Shown here piece after piece: positions 7,411 through 11,807 of a stretch of 11,807 nucleotides of DNA. Made by a program: the position numbers and the translations under genes. This stretch comes from a virus. The notes beneath the pieces are model-generated. The model ran no database searches. It was not told the origin of the DNA and was given only the letters and a program-made list of their open reading frames with translations. The stretch lies in IMG/VR virus record IMGVR_UViG_3300028840_004049; one strand, 5' to 3'. Every line of letters begins with the position of its first letter. Positions within the stretch are counted from its first letter, which is position 1.

Positions 7411-9372
7411 ATGAGTAGCACCATCACTCGCAAGGGTGTCCTTGAGTTCCAGGTAAAGGGAGTCTCCAAGTCAAAGGGCCAGCTGGCGGCAATGACCTCA
7501 GGGCTTGATAGCCTTAAGAGTACCATTCTTGGTGCAGTGACAGCTTTCGGCTCTCTGAAAGCCACACAGACTGCGATGGAATGGGGAGAAGAAGCGGCGA
7601 AGCTTCATGATGTCGAACGTGCTTTCGAAAACATGGCCGAGAGTGCCGGCGTCGATGGAGTCGCGCTTCTCGAAAAGATGAAGAAGGCCACCGGCGAGAC
7701 CGTTTCCGAACTTCAGCTCATGCAGCAGGCCAACACGGCGATGCTCTTAGACCTCCCCGTGGATCGTTTCGACGAAATCCTCTCCATCGCTCGATCGGCT
7801 GCCCTGTCCACTGGCCAAGAGATGGACTACATGCTCCAGTCTATCGTGACGGGCCTGGGGCGTCAGTCCAAACTCTTCCTCGATAACCTGGGGATCCTGG
7901 TAGATGTCGAGAAAGCCCAGGATGACTACGCGCGGTCTGTCGGTGTCAGCGCACGAGATCTCACGGAGATGGAGCGCAAGCAGGTATTCGTCAACGCGGC
8001 TCTTGAGGCTGGCCGATTGAATATCGAGAAGCTGGGCGGCCTAGTGGGATCTGAAACGGATCCGTTCCGGCGCCTTCATGTCGAGGTCGAAGAACTGAAG
8101 ACAGCTATTGGGGAGGAGTTCCTGGGCGCCCTCTCCTCAGCCACCGGCGGCGTGAATGAGTTCGTCGACCAACTGACCGTGACCCTCGGCGATGAGGGGT
8201 TTGCTGGCGTCTTGGAATCCCTCGACGCAGAGAAACTCGCCCCTCTCTTCGGTGCGGGCGCTGGCAGTAAAATCGGCGGAGTCTTCGGGACAGCTGGCCG
8301 CGCTATCGGTGCTCTGCTAGGCGCTGGAATCGCGTGGGGAGTTGAGCCAGGCATCGAGAAAGCCCTTAGGGAGGGTGCCGTCCGGGAATCGACTGACAGG
8401 ATCGCAAAGGAGTTCCAGATCCGTTCCAAGGATCTGATCGAAGGAAGCCGGGACTTGATGGCTCAGTTGACCAGATGGGGTCAGATGGCCGTCCCGAAGG
8501 ATGTCCTTGCTCCTCTGGCCCGAGACCTCAGCGCCTTCAATTCCAACCTGGGAGAGGCCACCTCAACCTTCAGTAATCTCGTGTTCGCTGAAGAGTGGCT
8601 TGGCCAGCTTGGTGATCGATTCCATGATCTGGGGATCCAGGTTCAAGAGGGTTCGAGTGCTCTGGAGGCGTTGGAGGCGACGGCCGGAAATGGTGTTGTC
8701 CAGGAGGCTCTCTTCAGCACCGGATCCATGGTGGCTGAATTGCGTGGTCAGTATCTCGATCTATCCTGGGCGGCCGTAGAGGGTTTCGAGGTGATGGCTG
8801 ACACCTCGCTGTCCTGGGAGTCGAGAACTGCGCAGGCAATCGCCAGCGTCCTTGAAAACAACGCCTACCTGACAGCGTCCTTCAAGAATGCCCTCTTGAT
8901 GGGGAAGATCTCGTCAAAATCCATCGGCACCTACCTGCAGGAAATGGCTCGTATGGCGATAGCAGCGAAGTCCGCCGAGAGCGCGGTCAACGCCCTCTTC
9001 TACGCGGCCGAGGGCGTCGCTGCCGCAGCCTTCGGCAACTTCGCCCAAGCGGGAGGGCTCTTCAAATCAGCAGCCATGCACGGCGCTATCGCAGCAGGAG
9101 CCGGAGCTCTCGCTTCTATCGGTCCCTCCATGGGCCCACAGGAGTATTCCTCCGCGTCGCCCGGGTACATGGGCAGTGATAGCCTCGCCAGTATGCCAAG
9201 TGGCGGCTCCGAGCGCTCCGTCCACGTCACGCGCACCGCGCCTGTAACCTACAATGTGACACATATTTACCACGGGACCGTCAACTTCGGCTCCCAGGAC
9301 CAGGCCAGCGCTGGCGCGATCCAGGACGTGCTCGACGCTGGGGAGATCTACCTACCAGGCGAAGTGCCGTAG
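7411..9372 (+). CDS. Tail tape-measure-like protein (TP901/minor-tail type N-terminal core, Gly/Ala-rich hydrophobic segments)
   Basis: The N-terminal ~200 aa (AFENMAESAGVDGVALLEKMKKATGETVSELQLMQQANTAMLLDL...LDNLGILVDVEKAQDDYARSVGVSARDLTEMERKQVFVNAALEAG) resemble the tape-measure core. Later segments are hydrophobic (LFGAGAGSKIGGVFGTAGRAIGALLGAGIAWG and AMHGAIAAGAGALASIG). Strong SD GAAGGAG at 7399-7405. Confidence 0.65.
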   Translation: MSSTITRKGVLEFQVKGVSKSKGQLAAMTSGLDSLKSTILGAVTAFGSLKATQTAMEWGEEAAKLHDVERAFENMAESAGVDGVALLEKMKKATGETVSELQLMQQANTAMLLDLPVDRFDEILSIARSAALSTGQEMDYMLQSIVTGLGRQSKLFLDNLGILVDVEKAQDDYARSVGVSARDLTEMERKQVFVNAALEAGRLNIEKLGGLVGSETDPFRRLHVEVEELKTAIGEEFLGALSSATGGVNEFVDQLTVTLGDEGFAGVLESLDAEKLAPLFGAGAGSKIGGVFGTAGRAIGALLGAGIAWGVEPGIEKALREGAVRESTDRIAKEFQIRSKDLIEGSRDLMAQLTRWGQMAVPKDVLAPLARDLSAFNSNLGEATSTFSNLVFAEEWLGQLGDRFHDLGIQVQEGSSALEALEATAGNGVVQEALFSTGSMVAELRGQYLDLSWAAVEGFEVMADTSLSWESRTAQAIASVLENNAYLTASFKNALLMGKISSKSIGTYLQEMARMAIAAKSAESAVNALFYAAEGVAAAAFGNFAQAGGLFKSAAMHGAIAAGAGALASIGPSMGPQEYSSASPGYMGSDSLASMPSGGSERSVHVTRTAPVTYNVTHIYHGTVNFGSQDQASAGAIQDVLDAGEIYLPGEVP

Positions 9373-9416
9373 GGATTCCCTGGCCCAGGATTCTCGGGTA
9401 GAGTGAAGAATTCCCC

Positions 9417-9450
9417 TTGACTCTATCCAGGAAGATTGTACAATGTACAA
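9417..9450 (+). promoter_or_regulatory. Near-consensus sigma70 promoter overlapped by tandem TGTACAA repeats (candidate operator)
   Basis: TTGACT (9417-9422), a 16-nt spacer, then TACAAT (9439-9444). TGTACAA occurs twice in tandem at 9437-9443 and 9444-9450, each containing the palindrome TGTACA. Confidence 0.6.
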
Positions 9451-9457
9451 CAGACCC

Positions 9458-9646
9458 ATGAAGGCACACGAGCTGAAAAAGTGGAGAGAGGCCCTGGGCC
9501 TGACGCAGCGAGAGCTGGCCGAGAAGCTCTACGTCACGAAGGATGCCGTCGCATCCTGGGAAACTGGAAGACGCAAGGTCCCAGCCTACCTCCATCTCGC
9601 CATGAAGCAGCTCGAGAGCCCCAACCGCCGAAAGGGGAAACCATGA
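9458..9646 (+). CDS. Short XRE-family HTH regulator (62 aa from ATG 9458; the ORF-track start 9443 lies inside the -10 box)
   Basis: LKKWREALGLTQRELAEKLYVTKDAVASWETGRRKVPAYLHLAM is a canonical HTH_XRE pattern with no peptidase or sensor domain. No SD precedes either ATG, and ATG 9458 would lie about 6-8 nt from the predicted transcription start. Confidence 0.8.
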   Translation: MKAHELKKWREALGLTQRELAEKLYVTKDAVASWETGRRKVPAYLHLAMKQLESPNRRKGKP

Positions 9647-9912
9647 AGGCAGCAACTCTGGCTCGCCGTCAGATCCGCGAAGGCTACGATCTCGATTTCA
9701 AGAAAGGATGGGAGGCCCTCGCTGACGATCTTCAACTCCTCGCCGAATCCATCCGTCGGCAGGAGATCGAGCCCTGCTTCTTCCACCTCTCCCTCGATAC
9801 CTGGGACAATCCGAACGAGATCACCATGCTTGGAGTTGGATCCAGCCCCGAGAAGAACCGGATCCCTCAGCAGGTCCTCGTAAGTTCTGATCCTCAGCAG
9901 AGGGGGCTATGA
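9643..9912 (+). CDS. Hypothetical small protein, 89 aa (paralog A)
   Basis: ATG 9643 overlaps the XRE stop as ATGA, with AAAGGGGAAA upstream. It aligns without gaps to the next gene product. The ORF-track entry 9436..9912 is the same frame extended upstream through the XRE gene. Confidence 0.65.
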   Translation: MKAATLARRQIREGYDLDFKKGWEALADDLQLLAESIRRQEIEPCFFHLSLDTWDNPNEITMLGVGSSPEKNRIPQQVLVSSDPQQRGL

Positions 9913-10154
9913 TGGATCTCCTTCACCGAGTTTACGATCTCGACAGCCCTAAAGGAGCGGAACACTTCAGCAAGAACTTGCGGGAAGTCGCCGACATGAT
10001 TGATGATGGACGGCTCCTCCCGAGCTTTGTGCAGCTAAGCCTCATGACTCAAGAAAATGAAGCTGGACTCCGGGTCTACTTCGCCGCGTGGAGTCGCTCT
10101 CGTATGGGGCATCCGCGAGAAATGAAAGTCCTCCCCGGCGGGAAGGAGTCCTGA
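9909..10154 (+). CDS. Hypothetical small protein, 81 aa (paralog B)
   Basis: ATGA overlap with the upstream gene and TGATG overlap with int. It shares YDLD..KG.E....L...A..I......P.F..LSL.T..N with the 89-aa protein. Confidence 0.65.
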   Translation: MMDLLHRVYDLDSPKGAEHFSKNLREVADMIDDGRLLPSFVQLSLMTQENEAGLRVYFAAWSRSRMGHPREMKVLPGGKES

Positions 10155-11347
10155 TGGCTTGCGTGAGGAAGTACCGCGGCAAGTGGGTTATCGACTATCG
10201 AGACCGTCAGGGGAAGCGCCGCATCAAGCGCGTTCGGACACAGAAGGAAGGCCGAACGCTCCTGGCTGAGACCCTCGTGAGCATCAAGGCCGGGACGCAC
10301 CGCCCGGACGCAGATAGCATCCAGTTCCGCGAGTACGCCGAGGAGTGGCTCCGCAGCCGGATCTCCGACGGTCTCCGGCCGGGAACCTGGAAGACCTACG
10401 AGTACCAGCTGAGGGACTACCTCCTCCAGGAGGAGTTCGGATTCGATGGCGAGAAGCTCTCGGAGATCGACCTCCCTCGGGTCAAGAAGTTCAAGGCTGA
10501 TCTGATAGCCCACTGCTCCCAAAAGAACGGCGGATCCCTCTCGGACCGCTCCATCAACATGGTCCTGACGATGCTGGGGACGATTCTCCGGGCCTCCGTG
10601 GAAGACGGATACCGGGCCTTCAATCCGATGGCCGGCATGAAGAAGCTCCGCTGCGAGAAGCAGGAAGCGATCCCACTGGACATCGACCGCGGGGAGGTCC
10701 AGAAGGCTCTCGAGGGCGCTCGGGAGATCGGTGAGGACTTCGCCATGATGGTCCGGCTCTCGATCCTGACGGGCCTTCGCCGTGGAGAGCTCCTGGCGCT
10801 CCGCTGGCGCTCTCTTAATTTGGATGGCATGACGGCCCATGTGACCGAGAATTTCACACCTACCGGGCTTGGATCGCCGAAAACGGCCGCTGGGAGGCGG
10901 TCCGTGGACCTGTCACCGGAGCTCATCCCCGACCTCAAGCGTTTCCAGCTCCGTAAGGGCAATCCCGAAGGCGACGCCTTCCTCTTCGCCCGGGTTGGCA
11001 GTGAGGATCCTACGTCGCCGAGTTCGCTCCCCCGGCCAGAGACCGTGAGCAACTTCCTCTGGGGCCGGCTCGTTCGCCAGGAGGGTCTCCTGGGCCTCGC
11101 CACGAGGATGGATTCAGAGAGGCGACTCAGCTGGCACAGCCTCCGGCACACCTTCGCCTCGCTCTATATCCAGCAGAACGCTCCCATGAAGTACATCTCG
11201 ACGCAGATGGGCCACAGTTCCATCAAAATCACGATGGACACATACGGCCACCTGATGCCCTCGACGGGCAAGCACTTCGCGGCGAAACTCGGCAGGGAGG
11301 TTCTCTCTGGGGCTGGAGCTGTTGAAGTTTCAGCGGCTGTCCGGTAA
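10154..11347 (+). CDS. int: Tyrosine recombinase / phage integrase with an N-terminal arm-type DNA-binding domain
   Basis: The N-terminus YRGKWVIDYRDRQGKRRIKRVRTQKEGRTLL fits an AP2-like arm-binding domain. Catalytic motifs are LTGLRRGELLALRW (Arg), WHSLRHTFAS (H-x-x-R) and GHSSIKITMDTYGHL (His, Tyr). ATG 10154 is preceded by GGAAGGAG (10141-10148), and the ORF-track start 10088 is probably too early. Confidence 0.9.
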   Translation: MACVRKYRGKWVIDYRDRQGKRRIKRVRTQKEGRTLLAETLVSIKAGTHRPDADSIQFREYAEEWLRSRISDGLRPGTWKTYEYQLRDYLLQEEFGFDGEKLSEIDLPRVKKFKADLIAHCSQKNGGSLSDRSINMVLTMLGTILRASVEDGYRAFNPMAGMKKLRCEKQEAIPLDIDRGEVQKALEGAREIGEDFAMMVRLSILTGLRRGELLALRWRSLNLDGMTAHVTENFTPTGLGSPKTAAGRRSVDLSPELIPDLKRFQLRKGNPEGDAFLFARVGSEDPTSPSSLPRPETVSNFLWGRLVRQEGLLGLATRMDSERRLSWHSLRHTFASLYIQQNAPMKYISTQMGHSSIKITMDTYGHLMPSTGKHFAAKLGREVLSGAGAVEVSAAVR

Positions 11348-11379
11348 GGTTTCGGAAACCCCTACCTAAGGAGGATCCG

Positions 11380-11523
11380 ATGGCTCTTCCCAAGGCAACG
11401 TCTGAGGCCAGAAAGGCTCTGCAGCGTGAAGAGGCGAGCTCGAAGTCCTTGAAGCTGATTGCGGAGTATCTCAAGAGCATCGACAAGACGCTGAAAGCGA
11501 TCGAGAAGAAGACGGGCAAGTGA
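11380..11523 (+). CDS. Small 47-aa lysine-rich helical protein (below the ORF-track length cutoff)
   Basis: ATG 11380 lies 4 nt after TAAGGAGGA (11367-11375). My translation is MALPKATSEARKALQREEASSKSLKLIAEYLKSIDKTLKAIEKKTGK, with TGA at 11521-11523. A terminator hairpin follows. Confidence 0.55.
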   Translation: MALPKATSEARKALQREEASSKSLKLIAEYLKSIDKTLKAIEKKTGK

Positions 11524-11534
11524 TCTAGCGAGAC

Positions 11535-11553
11535 TGGAAACAGAATGGAAACA
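11535..11553. repeat. TGGAAACA-N3-TGGAAACA pair, candidate integrase arm-type site
   Basis: TGGAAACA at 11535-11542 and 11546-11553 in an 8-3-8 layout, same orientation as the pair at 11771-11789 (=108-126). Confidence 0.45.
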
Positions 11554-11580
11554 TTCTCACGAGATCTTGGCCGACACGAC

Positions 11581-11620
11581 GAAGCCCCTCTTCCTAAGTC
11601 CAAGGAAGAGGGGCTTTTCG
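11581..11620 (+). terminator. Rho-independent terminator of the int / small-ORF transcript
   Basis: A 13-14 bp stem GAAGCCCCTCTTCC / GGAAGAGGGGCTTT with the 9-nt loop TAAGTCCAA, ending in TTTT (11615-11618). On the minus strand the hairpin is not followed by a T run. Confidence 0.7.
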
Positions 11621-11621
11621 C

Positions 11622-11660
11622 GGGTGGAGCCAAGGGGGATCGAACCCCTGACCTCATGAC
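11622..11660 (-). other. 3' fragment of a tRNA-Ala-like or tmRNA-like gene (variable loop, T arm, acceptor 3' strand); candidate att core
   Basis: The minus strand reads GAGGTC-AGGGG-TTCGATC-CCCCT-TGGCTCC-A-CC, giving a canonical T arm, a 7-nt acceptor strand and discriminator A. The U opposite position 3 is compatible with the G3:U70 pair shared by tRNA-Ala and tmRNA. Sequence further 5' does not fold into anticodon or D arms and there is no matching GGGGCCA/GGAGCCA 5' strand, so this is not an intact tRNA. Confidence 0.55.
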
Positions 11661-11663
11661 TGC

Positions 11664-11807
11664 CAGAAGGGTTTCCGGCTCTCTACCCGGCGCTTGGGCG
11701 TGTAACTCACTGAAAATGCAAGCCCCTCCCACGAGCTGCGATATCTTTCGCTGCCATATTCCGTGGATGCTGGAAACACCGTGGAAACAGGGAAGCTGGA
11801 GCTTGAC
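11664..11807. repeat. Right copy of the perfect 144-bp terminal direct repeat
   Basis: Identical to nt 1-144. It begins 3 nt beyond the tRNA-like fragment and runs to the last base of the window. It contains the TGGAAACA pair at 11771-11789. Confidence 0.95.

Larger units (their letters stand above)
1..11807 (+). mobile_element. Integrative phage-like / satellite-like element: one 11,663-bp unit plus a 144-bp terminal overlap
   Basis: Carries a tyrosine integrase, an excisionase-type HTH, two XRE regulators, a P4/D5-type helicase, a large terminase and a tape-measure-like protein. A tRNA-like 3' fragment sits next to int. The window termini are identical over 144 nt. All genes are co-directional. 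Confidence 0.75.

Noticed and set aside
9436-9642. N-terminal extension of the ORF-track entry 9436..9912 (TTG start)
   Set aside because: This stretch overlaps the XRE gene out of frame and begins inside the promoter -10 region. The in-frame ATG at 9643, with an ATGA overlap and a purine-rich SD, is the credible start.
10076-10840. 254-aa minus-strand ORF (also 10417..11151 on the minus strand)
   Set aside because: Antisense to the integrase gene, whose catalytic R, H-x-x-R and Y motifs fix the + frame.
11622-11700. A complete tRNA gene on the minus strand
   Set aside because: I tried a cloverleaf. The T arm and acceptor 3' strand are canonical. The 17 nt in the anticodon-arm position (CCCTTCTGGCAGTCATG) do not pair, there is no D arm, and the expected 5' acceptor strand (GGGGCCA/GGAGCCA) is absent at the right distance. 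I therefore call only a 3' fragment. A full tmRNA cannot be confirmed because its 5' part would lie outside the window.
11229-11732. 167-aa minus-strand ORF
   Set aside because: It would run through the int 3' end, the 47-aa ORF, the terminator hairpin, the tRNA-like fragment and the terminal repeat. It has no SD, and non-coding features explain the region better.

Overview
GC-rich 11,807-nt window whose first 144 nt and last 144 nt are identical. It therefore holds one complete 11,663-bp unit, either circular or terminally redundant, of an integrative phage-like element. All 15 genes I can support lie on the + strand, and many have overlapping stop/start codons. In order: (i) a lower-GC accessory pair next to the attachment region, made of a SieB-like two-TM membrane protein and a 237-aa orphan. 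(ii) An XRE regulator, an AlpA/excisionase-type HTH protein and a D5/P4-family SF3 helicase, followed by a 190-nt non-coding stretch dense in short repeats and palindromes (candidate ori). (iii) Two orphan proteins, a Zn-ribbon protein in the small-terminase position, a large terminase and a tape-measure-like protein. (iv) A near-consensus promoter with tandem TGTACAA repeats, a short XRE regulator, two paralogous small proteins, a tyrosine integrase and an untracked 47-aa ORF. These are followed by a terminator and the 3' fragment of a tRNA-Ala/tmRNA-like gene, bracketed by paired TGGAAACA repeats (attP-like architecture). I recognise no portal, capsid, tail tube, baseplate or lysis genes. 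The most interesting reading is a small phage-satellite-like element that carries its own terminase and a tape-measure-like gene, but a defective prophage cannot be excluded. All family assignments rest on motifs read by eye and no database search was possible. I saw no CRISPR array, rRNA or complete tRNA.
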